Shown: one piece after another, positions 9,289 through 19,063 of the stretch
Position numbering within the stretch: position 1 is the stretch's first letter
Layout of the letters: each line of letters starts with the position of its first letter
Assembly (NCBI GenBank): GCA_002167285.1
Contig: NHDG01000067.1
Coordinates: 88,153 to 152,152 of the forward strand
Reading direction: 5' to 3'
DNA: 64,000 nt
DNA from: Planctomycetia bacterium TMED53
GTDB lineage: Bacteria > Planctomycetota > UBA8108 > UBA1146
Notes under the pieces: model-generated
Database searches by the model: none
The model's input: only the letters and a program-made list of their open reading frames with translations
What the model was told of the DNA's origin: nothing
Position numbers and translations under genes: made by a program

Positions 9289-10514
9289 AGAAACTGGGAG
9301 TCCTCGACCGTTACCTACTAAAGGATCTCATCGTCTCGACCCTCTTCAGTCAATTGGTGTTGTGCGTCCTCGTCAGCATCGTCTTTGCTATGAAAGCGGT
9401 CAGCTCCGGATACTCCTTGGGGATCGTCATCCCTTGGCTCGGTGATAGCCTCCTTTACAGCATGTACTTCACGACGCCGATGTCCGTGATGGCTGGTTGT
9501 AGTCTCAGTTACGGTAATTTCGTCGCCGATCGAGAATACACCGCTGCCGTCGCATCAGGCATCAGCCCATCCCGGCTCTTCCTACCGATGACGATGCTCA
9601 TCATCCCTATCTTGATGCTGCTGATGTTCACTCAATCGACACTGCTCCCTGAACTTCAACACCGCAAACAAGACATTAGCCGCTTTTTTGTCAAGCAGCT
9701 GGAAAACATCGGTGACGGCAAAAAGGGACAGATCCCCCTCGACGATCAAGGCGGAGTCATCTACTGGGAAGAGATCCGCAATGGAACAGATCTCAAGGTG
9801 GTCTTCATCGAGAAACAGCTCAATGTTTCGGCAGGAGGTGCAGTTGCCAACTCTTCTGTAACCGATGAAACTCCTCCAACAAAAATAAATGCCAGACGAG
9901 CAAAGCTCAGTGTCGACGAAGAACGAGGGCTCATTCGCCTGACCCTTCGTGATGTCAGTGTGGTGTTTCCGGTTAACAGCTCTCCAACGGGGCAAAAAGA
10001 GTTCCTTGATTGGGATCACGAAACGATCGAGTTTGATCAGTTCAATGTGGACTTCCCTGTCAGCTCAAGGAACCGTAGACCCAACGACTTACCTACCGCT
10101 GAATTGGCAGAGCGCGTCACGTTGCTCAAAGCGGAGGTAAAAGAGATCGGGGAAACCTGGAACACTCTTCCAACTGCCGAAGAGAAACAGAAAAGTGAAC
10201 TACGACAGGCTAATCTGACCCGCTCTATCCGCAGAGGCGAGACTGAAATTTGGCGTCGTAGAGCGATGGCTTTATCAGTCCTCACCTTTGCATTGATCGG
10301 ATCTCCCCTCGCCCTTCTGATGAGGACACCCCAAAAACTAGTGCCCTTCTTCTTCTCACTACTGGCAGTACTCGCCGTCTTCTACCCCCTCACTTACGGA
10401 GGAATCCAACTGAGCAGGGCCACCGGCGCACCCCCTTGGCTAACAGTTCTTTCAGGGAACTACATCTTGCTGGGGATCTCTTTGGCGATGCTTTTCAGAT
10501 TGAGGACGCGATGA
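9285..10514 (+). CDS. lptF: LptF/LptG family LPS export permease
   Basis: LDRYLL start, ADREYTAAVASGIS motif, 3+3 TM layout with periplasmic domain. Confidence 0.85.
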   Translation: MKKLGVLDRYLLKDLIVSTLFSQLVLCVLVSIVFAMKAVSSGYSLGIVIPWLGDSLLYSMYFTTPMSVMAGCSLSYGNFVADREYTAAVASGISPSRLFLPMTMLIIPILMLLMFTQSTLLPELQHRKQDISRFFVKQLENIGDGKKGQIPLDDQGGVIYWEEIRNGTDLKVVFIEKQLNVSAGGAVANSSVTDETPPTKINARRAKLSVDEERGLIRLTLRDVSVVFPVNSSPTGQKEFLDWDHETIEFDQFNVDFPVSSRNRRPNDLPTAELAERVTLLKAEVKEIGETWNTLPTAEEKQKSELRQANLTRSIRRGETEIWRRRAMALSVLTFALIGSPLALLMRTPQKLVPFFFSLLAVLAVFYPLTYGGIQLSRATGAPPWLTVLSGNYILLGISLAMLFRLRTR

Positions 10515-11656
10515 AAATTTGGAATCGCCCGCCTCTTAAATGGTTGCCGTTGAAAACCATCGACAGATACCTGATCCGGCAGTATCTGGTTTCTTGGTGC
10601 ATCTGCTCTTTCGCGATTCTCTCCCTCTTTTGCGTGATCGATGGAGTCTCAAGGCTTGACCGCTTCCTGCGCCATGATCAACCTTTGCCATTGGTGATTC
10701 TGCGATACTTCTCAGGAATGATTCCCATCTACTTCACCCAGTACTTGGGCCCGATCTTGACTCTCTTTGCGGCCATGTTCACCGCAACACAAATCAATAA
10801 GGGCCGTGAACTGATCCCGTTGCGAGCGGCAGGGATTCCACTTCCAAGAATCTTGGCTTCATTCTTCCTGATGGCTTTGTTGATGTCGGGCTTGATGATT
10901 TTAGTTCAGGAGACGGTAGTCCCCTCTCTTAAGGACGAGATCCGCCTTGCCGATTCATACGGTCGATCACGAACCAATATTCAGCCAGAGATGGTGTCAG
11001 ATAGCCTCAACAACCTCATCAAAGTCACGAGCTATCTCCCCCACGAAAAGAGGGGGCAAAAAGCTCGGATCATGAGCCTCCATGCGGGTTCAGGAAAACT
11101 GGAAACCCTCATCAGTGCTCGCGAGTTGATTTGGAAATCCCCGGAATCAGGGCAGCCCTATTGGCTCCTACGTGAAGGCAAGAAGGAGCAGTATCACGAG
11201 AATGGCCAAAAGGTGCCATTCCCCCAACCAGATGGCACTGTTCGACTTAGCTTGGCATTCGACGAGCTCAAGTTGGAAACGGATATGCGCCCTGTAGACC
11301 TAGAATCCAGTGACAATGAAATCGAATATCTCTCCTTCAGGGAATTGCGAGATCAGTACAAACGTCGACCCCATCTCACCCACCTCGAAGTCAAACTTCA
11401 CCGACGCTTCGCATTCCCCCTAGCAAACTTCATCCTGTTACTATTGGGGATCCCGTTCGTGATGCGATCGGAGAGCCAATCGATCATCCTCGGTCTATCG
11501 ATGGCCCTTGCTCTTGGAACGGCCTACCTGATTTTCACCGAGATCTGCGCCCACTTAGGAAATATTGGCGGACTCAACCCGATGCTGTCAGCGTGGCTAC
11601 CGGTTCTCTTTTTTGGAGCGCTGGGATTAACTCTGTTTGATGGCATCGAAGACTGA
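10511..11656 (+). CDS. lptG: LptF/LptG family LPS export permease
   Basis: IDRYLIRQYL, ELIPLRAAGI, RFAFPL, LSAWLP; ATGA overlap with the upstream gene. Confidence 0.85.
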   Translation: MKIWNRPPLKWLPLKTIDRYLIRQYLVSWCICSFAILSLFCVIDGVSRLDRFLRHDQPLPLVILRYFSGMIPIYFTQYLGPILTLFAAMFTATQINKGRELIPLRAAGIPLPRILASFFLMALLMSGLMILVQETVVPSLKDEIRLADSYGRSRTNIQPEMVSDSLNNLIKVTSYLPHEKRGQKARIMSLHAGSGKLETLISARELIWKSPESGQPYWLLREGKKEQYHENGQKVPFPQPDGTVRLSLAFDELKLETDMRPVDLESSDNEIEYLSFRELRDQYKRRPHLTHLEVKLHRRFAFPLANFILLLLGIPFVMRSESQSIILGLSMALALGTAYLIFTEICAHLGNIGGLNPMLSAWLPVLFFGALGLTLFDGIED

Positions 11657-11710
11657 CGTACTTGAGGCAGATTCCATCAATCACTTCACTCACTCAAAGT
11701 GCTGTGAGGC

Positions 11711-12289
11711 CTAGGTAATTTGACGCAAAGCTTCAATGGCTCGCTGATAGCGTTTGCGAACAACAGCAGGAGTAATACTCAATCGGTCAGCGATCTCCGC
11801 GGTCTCCAACCCGTCGAGTTTTAGCCATAAGACACTCGCATAGATTTCATCGAGTCGTTCGATAAGTGCGTGAAGCCATTCCGATTCTTCACGCTCGATC
11901 ACCAAGGCTTCCCCCCCAACCACATCTGGATCGATGGGAATAGAGACCAGCCCTCCTGGAACGTTCGACTCCCCTTTGAAGTTTTCATTCTTCTTGACGG
12001 CATCTAGAATAGTCCATTGGGCATTCTTCAGCACCAGGTTGATAAAGTCTTGCGTTGAAGCGGTCTCAGGGAGATTTTCTAGGACTCTGAGGGCTCTCAG
12101 AAAAACGTCTTGGCACATGTCATCTACTTGGATTTTTCGCCTCAACGATAATCCCGATTGCTGCTCTAAATACATTTGAATCTTAGGTTGAACCAAAGAA
12201 AACAAGTGACTTCTCGCAGATGAATCTCCGCGAATCGCTGACCTCAGAGTTGCTGAGAAATCAGCTTCTATATCGTTTTCCCCGGCCAA
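11711..12289 (-). CDS. ECF RNA polymerase sigma factor (start uncertain, TTG 12289 or 12304)
   Basis: VDDMCQDVFLRA region 2; GLETAEIADRLSITPAVVRKRYQRA region 4 HTH. Confidence 0.85.
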   Translation of the reverse strand: MAGENDIEADFSATLRSAIRGDSSARSHLFSLVQPKIQMYLEQQSGLSLRRKIQVDDMCQDVFLRALRVLENLPETASTQDFINLVLKNAQWTILDAVKKNENFKGESNVPGGLVSIPIDPDVVGGEALVIEREESEWLHALIERLDEIYASVLWLKLDGLETAEIADRLSITPAVVRKRYQRAIEALRQIT

Positions 12290-12816
12290 TTGGTCTCTCC
12301 CCAAAAAAAGTGAAACAAGTCGGTCTAAAGATGTAGTTCATCACCCTCAAAGTCTTTTGCTAAAAGTCTTCTGCTAGTGGGTCCGATGGGGCCGGCCGAA
12401 GCCCCATCTTCTGACGATAACCGAATATCACTCATCTTCTCCGATTTTCCAGCTTTTTTAATTTCCCTGTCACAGCGCGCGACTTCGGATCGCTGATGGA
12501 TATAGGGGAAGGTCTGTTTTGGAGGGTTCCTCCTCAAGAACGCTTCAAAGGCAGACCTGATCCTAGAGCTCGACTGTTGAAGATTCAGTCGAATTACGAT
12601 CAGAACTGGTCGAAATCAAAAAACATAGATTTTGAGACCCGGGGGCTGGTAAATGGCCGTTCTACCGCCCTCGGTGTTCTCTTTTTTGGTGTTCTCTTCT
12701 TCGTCTGGCTACCTTTTAAGATCCACCGGTGATTGGGGAGAGCTCGTGCAGGGGTTGAGCTCTCTTAGCGAATATCGCGACCAAATATACATTTGCTGGT
12801 TGAGTAAATTCGAGGC

Positions 12817-12917
12817 TGATCAGCTGTTGATTGATCAACTTCGTGGTTGATCAGCTGTTGATTGATCAACTTCGTGGTTGATCAGCTGTTGATTGATCAA
12901 CTTCGTGGTTGATCAGC
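12817..12917. repeat. 31-bp perfect tandem repeat, about 3.3 copies, each carrying an 8-bp hairpin
   Basis: Unit TGATCAGCTGTTGATTGATCAACTTCGTGGT at 12817, 12848 and 12879, partial at 12910. Confidence 0.95.
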
Positions 12918-14058
12918 CTTGACCGATCGCTTGATCCAAATCTTCCAGCAGGTCCTCTACCGATTCTATTCCCACCGAGATTCGAATCAGTCCATCAGAA
13001 AGTCCCTCTGCCCGTCGTGTTTCGACAGGAATCGCGCCGTGGGTCATCGAGGGCGGATGTTCGATCAGGCTTTCAACTCCACCAAGACTCTCCGCAAGGG
13101 CGAAGACTTGAGTCCGAGAGACCATCTTGCGAGCCTCCTCCTCAGAAGCGCCCGCCAACTCGAAGGAAATCATACCGCCGGGTGCACGCATCTGACGACT
13201 GGCAATCTCGAATCCCTCGTGACTCTCGAGCCCAGGATAAAAGACTTTGCCAATCCGTGAATCATTTTCGAGCCAGGTGGCAATCTGAGCGGCATTTTCA
13301 CAGTGGCGATCGAGACGTACTGCAAGAGTCTTCGTTCCACGCAAGGTCAAGAAACAATCGAGGGGACCAGGCACACCACCTACTGCATTTTGCAGGAATG
13401 CCAACTTTTCATGGAGATCGTCATCCGAAGTGATGAGTGCCCCTCCAACCACATCTGAATGGCCACCCAGATATTTAGTCACCGAATGAACGACGATGTC
13501 CGCTCCAAGCTTGAGGGGCTGCTGGAGATAGGGAGTGGCAAAGGTGTTATCGACCACCAGCAGTACGCCCTTTTCCTTGCAGACTGCGGCGACTGCAGCA
13601 ATGTCGGTGATCCGCAATAACGGATTTGTCGGTGTTTCGAGCCAGACCATCCGTGTCTTCTCTGTGATGGCATCCCTAACTTGATCGACATCTCCGGTAT
13701 TAACGAAATCAAATCCGATTCCCATCGGTCCATATACCTGGGTAAAGATGCGATGGGTTCCACCGTACAAGTCATTCCCGGCAACGACGTGATCTTCAGG
13801 TGACAAGAGTTTCAACACCGCATCCGTAGCAGCCAAACCACTCGCAAAGCAAAGGCCGTGCGTTCCCCCCTCAAGGGAAGCCAAGTTTGCTTCCAATGCA
13901 GACCGGGTCGGATTCCCGGTGCGGGAATACTCGTAACCCTGATGAACTCCAGGTGCCTCCTGAACATAGGTGGAGGTGAGATAAACCGGGGTCATGACCG
14001 CACCGGTACTGGGGTCGGGATGTTGTCCAGCGTGGATAGCTCGTGTTTCAAATTTCAC
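12913..14058 (-). CDS. Cystathionine gamma-lyase/gamma-synthase (Cys/Met metabolism PLP enzyme)
   Basis: YEYSRTGNPTR, ETPTNP, DNTFATP, HSVTKYLGGHSD, AESLGGVESL. Confidence 0.95.
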   Translation of the reverse strand: MKFETRAIHAGQHPDPSTGAVMTPVYLTSTYVQEAPGVHQGYEYSRTGNPTRSALEANLASLEGGTHGLCFASGLAATDAVLKLLSPEDHVVAGNDLYGGTHRIFTQVYGPMGIGFDFVNTGDVDQVRDAITEKTRMVWLETPTNPLLRITDIAAVAAVCKEKGVLLVVDNTFATPYLQQPLKLGADIVVHSVTKYLGGHSDVVGGALITSDDDLHEKLAFLQNAVGGVPGPLDCFLTLRGTKTLAVRLDRHCENAAQIATWLENDSRIGKVFYPGLESHEGFEIASRQMRAPGGMISFELAGASEEEARKMVSRTQVFALAESLGGVESLIEHPPSMTHGAIPVETRRAEGLSDGLIRISVGIESVEDLLEDLDQAIGQG

Positions 14059-14060
14059 GG

Positions 14061-15437
14061 TTAGGACCTTCTTCCGCTCATGGAGTGAATCATGTCGTAC
14101 TTAGTGATAATGCGGAATCCTTCAGGGGTATCGACGAGTACAGCAGCAGACGGCTTGCTCGCTAACCGAGCAAAAATCGAATCTGCGCTGGCGCCTTCTC
14201 CAACGACGGGGAAGGGCTCCTCCATCACTGTTCCGATTTCACAATCGAGGTGCTCTGCTCCTGAAAGCATTTTTTCCAGGACCATTGACTCACGAATGCT
14301 ACCCACCGGCTGATTCTCTTCGAACACAGGAATCTGGCTGATTTCTCCAGATTGCATCCTCTCGACCGCTGCGCGAAGAGAATCGTTGGGTGAAAGATGG
14401 ATCAATGGTTGGCGACGTGTGCCACGTCGATCGAGGATTTCTCCTGCGGTCAGGTGAAGAGACGATTCGAGGAGACCGTTGGTTCGGAGCCAATCATCGT
14501 CGTACACCTTACTCAGATATCGCTCTCCCGTATCGGGAATGATGACGACCATGATATCGTCCGGCCCCATCTGCTCCGCGGCGATGACTGCGGTGCAAAC
14601 AGCGGTCCCTGCAGAGGATCCGCTGAGGATTCCCTCTTCCCGCGCCAATCGCTGCGCCATCGAAAAGGCATCTACGTCACTGATCTGGTGGACTTCATCG
14701 ATCAATGAGAAATCGATGGTCCCGGGAATCATGTCTTCGCCGATGCCCTCGGTTTTGTAAGTATTTGCTTCTCCCAATTCGCCGGTATCGAAGTACTCCT
14801 TGTAGAGAGATCCGATGGGATCACCACCGATGACTTTAATATTGGGATTTTGCTCCTTCAGATAACGGGCAGTACCGCTGACCGTCCCCCCCGTACCAAG
14901 ACCGGCAACGTAATGGGTGATCTTTCCATCGGTGTCTTGCCAAATCTCTGGCCCTGTTGCCACGTAATGGGCGTGAGGATTCCATTCGTTGAAGTATTGA
15001 TTGGGGTTGAATGCCATCGGATCTTCTTCAGTGACTCGCTTTGCCACCGAGTAGTAAGATCGGGGATCATCCGGCTCCACTGCTGTAGGACAGATGATGA
15101 CTTCTGCACCAAACGCCCTCAAAAGCTTCGATTTTTCCTCGGCGACCTTATCAGGCATGGTGAAGACCGCCTTATAACCGCGAACACACGCGATCAAAGC
15201 GAGTCCGAGGCCAGTGTTTCCCGAAGTGCATTCGACGATGGTCCCACCTGGCTTGAGCAAGCCTTCGCGTTCTGCAGCATCGATCATATGAACTGCGATG
15301 CGGTCCTTAATGCTGCCCCCTGGGTTGAATGCTTCAACCTTGGCAAGCATGGTGCCGGGCAACCCTCTTGAGATCCGGTTCATCCGAACCAAGGGGGTAT
15401 GACCAATCGTGTCGAGAATGTGATCGTAGATCTTCAT
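14061..15437 (-). CDS. Cystathionine beta-synthase with C-terminal CBS domain pair
   Basis: NPGGSIKDR, TSGNTG, GTGGT, EGIGEDMIP, PDTGERYLSK; C-terminal CBS (ISQIPV, IITKYD). Confidence 0.95.
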   Translation of the reverse strand: MKIYDHILDTIGHTPLVRMNRISRGLPGTMLAKVEAFNPGGSIKDRIAVHMIDAAEREGLLKPGGTIVECTSGNTGLGLALIACVRGYKAVFTMPDKVAEEKSKLLRAFGAEVIICPTAVEPDDPRSYYSVAKRVTEEDPMAFNPNQYFNEWNPHAHYVATGPEIWQDTDGKITHYVAGLGTGGTVSGTARYLKEQNPNIKVIGGDPIGSLYKEYFDTGELGEANTYKTEGIGEDMIPGTIDFSLIDEVHQISDVDAFSMAQRLAREEGILSGSSAGTAVCTAVIAAEQMGPDDIMVVIIPDTGERYLSKVYDDDWLRTNGLLESSLHLTAGEILDRRGTRRQPLIHLSPNDSLRAAVERMQSGEISQIPVFEENQPVGSIRESMVLEKMLSGAEHLDCEIGTVMEEPFPVVGEGASADSIFARLASKPSAAVLVDTPEGFRIITKYDMIHSMSGRRS

Positions 15438-15487
15438 TTTTTACCTGTTTTCATGTCCCTTTGAAGGTGGCCACTCCACATTGGGCA

Positions 15488-15520
15488 ATCCTCGGTCATG
15501 CCTTGGTCATTCCTAGGTCA
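15488..15520. repeat. Three 11-bp direct repeats upstream of CBS
   Basis: ATCCTCGGTCA / TGCCTTGGTCA / TTCCTAGGTCA. Confidence 0.7.
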
Positions 15521-15537
15521 CACTTCTGGGCGGACCC

Positions 15538-15555
15538 TGTGAGGGTACCCTCACA
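15538..15555. promoter_or_regulatory. Perfect 18-bp palindrome, candidate operator in the divergent CBS/nagB region
   Basis: TGTGAGGGTACCCTCACA equals its own reverse complement. Confidence 0.55.
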
Positions 15556-15711
15556 TGATACGCGTGGAAGCCGGGATGAACACGGTTCCCGGAGAGATTC
15601 CCACAACCTTGATCACTGCCACCCCTTGGCCCGGGAAGGCCCATGGGATAGGTTCCTATGGGGCCCGGGGGCTAGGCCCCGATTAAACAGCTAGACCGGA
15701 GAACACCTGCC

Positions 15712-16401
15712 GTGGGGCCGAAATTGATGATTCGAAACTCTGATCCAGAAGAGTTGGCAAAACGGTTGCGAGAGGATCTCCTCTCTTGCATGGCTGACGG
15801 CGACTTACTCTGCATCCCTACTGGTCGCTCTCCCCTGGAGCTCTATCAGCAAATCCGTGAAGACAGCGATAGCGCTGATCGTTGGCGTAGCTTTCGATAC
15901 CTACAACTGGACGAATATCTCGACCCGTCCGGATCGATTCATAGCTTTCGAGATGAATTGAGCCAGCAAATTTTCACCCCACTGCAAGTGCCAGCAGATC
16001 AGATTCATTCCATCGATCCCCAAGGTGACCCGGTTACCCAAGCAAAGAAACTCGATCAAATCTATGATCGATGGGGCCCCCCTAAAGCTTGCGTCCTTGG
16101 CCTTGGTTCCAATGGGCATATTGCATTCAACGAACCCGGCAGCTCATTTTCGGGTTACACCGTCGTCGACTTGGCACAGGAAACCATCGCAAACAATTTT
16201 CCTGAACCACAGCCGTCAAAGCTGCAAGCGCTGACAATCAGTCTCGAGCAGATTTACGCATCTCAACACGTATTCCTCCTCGTGCCTCAGCCAGAAAAAA
16301 GTTCTATCCTCGACCGCTGCCTGGCTGGCCCGAAGGATGTCAATATTCCTGCCTCCTGGCTTCACGATCACCCCAGCCTGCACGTCTATCGTCATCGATA
16401 G
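15712..16401 (+). CDS. nagB: Glucosamine-6-phosphate deaminase family protein
   Basis: PTGRSP, QLDEY, LGLGSNGHIAFNEPGS, PASWLHDH. Confidence 0.8.
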   Translation: MGPKLMIRNSDPEELAKRLREDLLSCMADGDLLCIPTGRSPLELYQQIREDSDSADRWRSFRYLQLDEYLDPSGSIHSFRDELSQQIFTPLQVPADQIHSIDPQGDPVTQAKKLDQIYDRWGPPKACVLGLGSNGHIAFNEPGSSFSGYTVVDLAQETIANNFPEPQPSKLQALTISLEQIYASQHVFLLVPQPEKSSILDRCLAGPKDVNIPASWLHDHPSLHVYRHR

Positions 16402-16420
16402 TCAACAGAAAGGCACCGTC

Positions 16421-19063
16421 ATGAATCTGCTGATCCTGTTTCTCATTGGTCTCGGGTTTCCGGCGTTGGCCGCTGATCCTCCCGTCGATCCGGTCGGAGG
16501 TGACGGCTCAAAAGGAAGCATGAAATTTGAGATCATAGACACCGATGGAGAAGCGGTTCCATCGCGGCTAACCTTCCGCAAAACTGATGGCACTCGACAA
16601 AAGTTTTTTAGTGAAACCCAAGTGCTCCCTAAAGACCTTGCGATTCGCGATGACGTTATTTGCACCCTCTCAGGGAGGGGACACATCACACTCCCGGTCG
16701 GTAAATGGGTGGTTTATGCCAGCCGTGGGCCAGAATGGAGTATCGATCGCCAAGAGGTTTCCATCTCAGCCGATACCATGACAGAGGTGACATTTCGCCT
16801 GGAGCAACAGATCGATTCAAGCGGTTGGGCCGCAGCAGACTATCATCTGCATACTTTGACCTACTCTGGTCACGGCGATAGCAACATGACTGAGCGCATC
16901 ATCAGTATCGCTAGTGAAGCTCTCGAAGTCGGGATCGCCACCGACCACAACCACCACACCGATTACTCTCCCACCATTTCGGAGTTATCAGCGGGGGAAC
17001 ACTTCCAGGGAATCGTTGGCAATGAGATTTCAGTGCCCCTCGGTCACTTCAATGCTTTTCCTCTGGAACCATGGGGAGAAGTAGTCGATGTCAATTCCTC
17101 CAATGGCCCCAGGATGTTCCGCGCTGTTCGCAAGATGGGGACCGAAGGTGGCGAAGTACCGGTGATCCAGGTCAATCACCCTCGCTGGGAAGCGATCGAT
17201 TACTTCCGAATCGCAGGCCTCGATCCCATCACTGGTAAATCCGCTGATCATGATTGGTCCCTCGATTTTGACAGCGTCGAGATCTTCAATGAAAACCCAG
17301 GTTGGGGTTACTACGATGCGGAGACGACTGACAGAAATGTCGGAACCAGTCGCCACTCTGTTCTCGAAGACTGGCATAACCTCCTCAATCATGGCGCCCG
17401 CATCACTGCAGTCGGCAATTCCGATAGTCACACCGTCAATGTCAACCTGGCCGGCTGGCCGCGAAATTACTTTCCCGTCTCTAATGACCAACCGGGGCAA
17501 ATCCCTGTCAAAGAAATCTGTGACACCGTCAAAAATGGTCAAGTTTTCACTACCTACGGCCCCTTTATAAAGTTTTCAGTCAATGGCAAAGGGATGGGTG
17601 AAACGGTCAAAGCGGAGAGAGCAGCAGTTCGTCTGAGTGTCGAGGTTTACGCAGCGGATTGGATCGATGTCGATCGAGTCCTCGTCGTCGTCGATGGAGA
17701 TGTGGTCGAAACGATCCCTGTTCCAGAGACTCGAGAGATTCTCCGACTCAAGGATGAGCGAAAGATACCGGTACGGACTGACGGCTGGATCGCCATTCGT
17801 GTGGAGGGTGATGACAGTCTCGCCCCGATCGTGCCCGACAAGGATCGGCCCATTCTCCCCATCGCGATGACGAACCCCATCTACGTCGATGTCGATGGAG
17901 ATGGTCGTGTCACCGCGCCAGTGGAAGTCGCGCGTAACTGGCTCGAAAACCATAAAGGTGACTCCATGCACCTCCATGCAGAGTGGCAAGCGAGACAACC
18001 CCATCAAAGAGTCGCGATGCTCCACGCCTGCACCGATGATTCAGAAACGGTTCGAACTCTTTTGAAATGGGGACTGCAAGATCCCTCACGGCTCGTCTGG
18101 CTCGCTGCTTGTCGAACCATGGAGGAGCTGGAACTTAGAAACGATGCAGACTTGACCGCTGAGTTACTGAAAAAGTATTCGCTAGAGGGTCTCGATCACT
18201 GGGCACTCTCAGTCATCTTAAAGGCGATGCCCCCTGAAGAAAGTGGCCCCCGCATCGCTGAACTCCTTGGTCGCAAAGGTAAGAACGCTTTAGGAATTCA
18301 TACCAGACAGGTGATTTCACTTCTTCCCGGACACTTTGTCCGTCGTGTGTTCATCTCTGAACCATTCCCGGGGGGTGGCAAGGAAGGTATCGAAGGAGTC
18401 CTCGCGCTTCCTGCTCAAGAACGTCAAACCACAAGAGTCCTCCTCTCCACTGAAGAAGGGCCTTTTGATCTTCAGCAGTATGGAGAAGAGCGTGGACGTT
18501 CAGAGGATTGCGTATTCCTGATGCGCTGTGTTTTGATCAGCCCCGGCGATCGTCAAGTAAACCTTGCCGCCGGCTCCGATGATGGTTGCCTCATACAAGT
18601 GAACGGAGTCACCGTCGTCGAGGATTTTTCTGAGCAAGGCGTCGATCCACTCGATCACTTGATTCAGGTTCCGCTGAAAAAAGGAACCAATGAAATCCTC
18701 TTCTTCGTCGAAAATGGTGGCGGAAATTCAGGAGCTTCTCTGAGGGTTCTCGATGAAAAAGTCGTCGTTCAGTCTGCTGAAAAAAGCAGTCTGAAGCCTT
18801 CCATCTCCCCTCGAGACAAAGTGGTTTCAGATCTCGCCGCACTCCATGCCGCGGCAACGATCTTCTTTCTGGATCGTAACGAATGGCCAGCAGCGGTCTC
18901 TGACCTCGTCGATGCAAAATTGATTCAATCGATAACCACGGATCCCTGGGGTGGGGAATATCAGATCATTCAAAGTGGCAACAAAGTAGAAGTGCTGTGC
19001 CTGGGAGCAGACGGATCAGAGGGCGGCATCGGCTTGGAAGCCGATGTTCGATACTCCCCCTAG
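16421..19063 (+). CDS. Exported CehA/McbA-type (PHP-like) metallohydrolase with helical region, PA14-like module and C-terminal GspG-like domain
   Basis: Signal peptide; DYHLHT, ATDHN, GNEIS..GHFN, NHPR, GNSDSH; GSDDG...VPLKKGTNEI; DPWG...LGADGSEGG...ADV. Confidence 0.85.
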   Translation: MNLLILFLIGLGFPALAADPPVDPVGGDGSKGSMKFEIIDTDGEAVPSRLTFRKTDGTRQKFFSETQVLPKDLAIRDDVICTLSGRGHITLPVGKWVVYASRGPEWSIDRQEVSISADTMTEVTFRLEQQIDSSGWAAADYHLHTLTYSGHGDSNMTERIISIASEALEVGIATDHNHHTDYSPTISELSAGEHFQGIVGNEISVPLGHFNAFPLEPWGEVVDVNSSNGPRMFRAVRKMGTEGGEVPVIQVNHPRWEAIDYFRIAGLDPITGKSADHDWSLDFDSVEIFNENPGWGYYDAETTDRNVGTSRHSVLEDWHNLLNHGARITAVGNSDSHTVNVNLAGWPRNYFPVSNDQPGQIPVKEICDTVKNGQVFTTYGPFIKFSVNGKGMGETVKAERAAVRLSVEVYAADWIDVDRVLVVVDGDVVETIPVPETREILRLKDERKIPVRTDGWIAIRVEGDDSLAPIVPDKDRPILPIAMTNPIYVDVDGDGRVTAPVEVARNWLENHKGDSMHLHAEWQARQPHQRVAMLHACTDDSETVRTLLKWGLQDPSRLVWLAACRTMEELELRNDADLTAELLKKYSLEGLDHWALSVILKAMPPEESGPRIAELLGRKGKNALGIHTRQVISLLPGHFVRRVFISEPFPGGGKEGIEGVLALPAQERQTTRVLLSTEEGPFDLQQYGEERGRSEDCVFLMRCVLISPGDRQVNLAAGSDDGCLIQVNGVTVVEDFSEQGVDPLDHLIQVPLKKGTNEILFFVENGGGNSGASLRVLDEKVVVQSAEKSSLKPSISPRDKVVSDLAALHAAATIFFLDRNEWPAAVSDLVDAKLIQSITTDPWGGEYQIIQSGNKVEVLCLGADGSEGGIGLEADVRYSP

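Noticed and set aside
12325-12850. Short ORFs upstream of the second ECF gene as a possible anti-sigma or small protein
   Set aside because: No ZAS or other motif, weak coding appearance, and mutually overlapping frames
12817-12917. CRISPR array
   Set aside because: Units are contiguous and identical, with no unique spacers and no cas genes in the window
15438-15711. SAM or other riboswitch upstream of cystathionine beta-synthase
   Set aside because: Hairpins are present, but I could not find the conserved SAM-I/II core motifs or an expression platform
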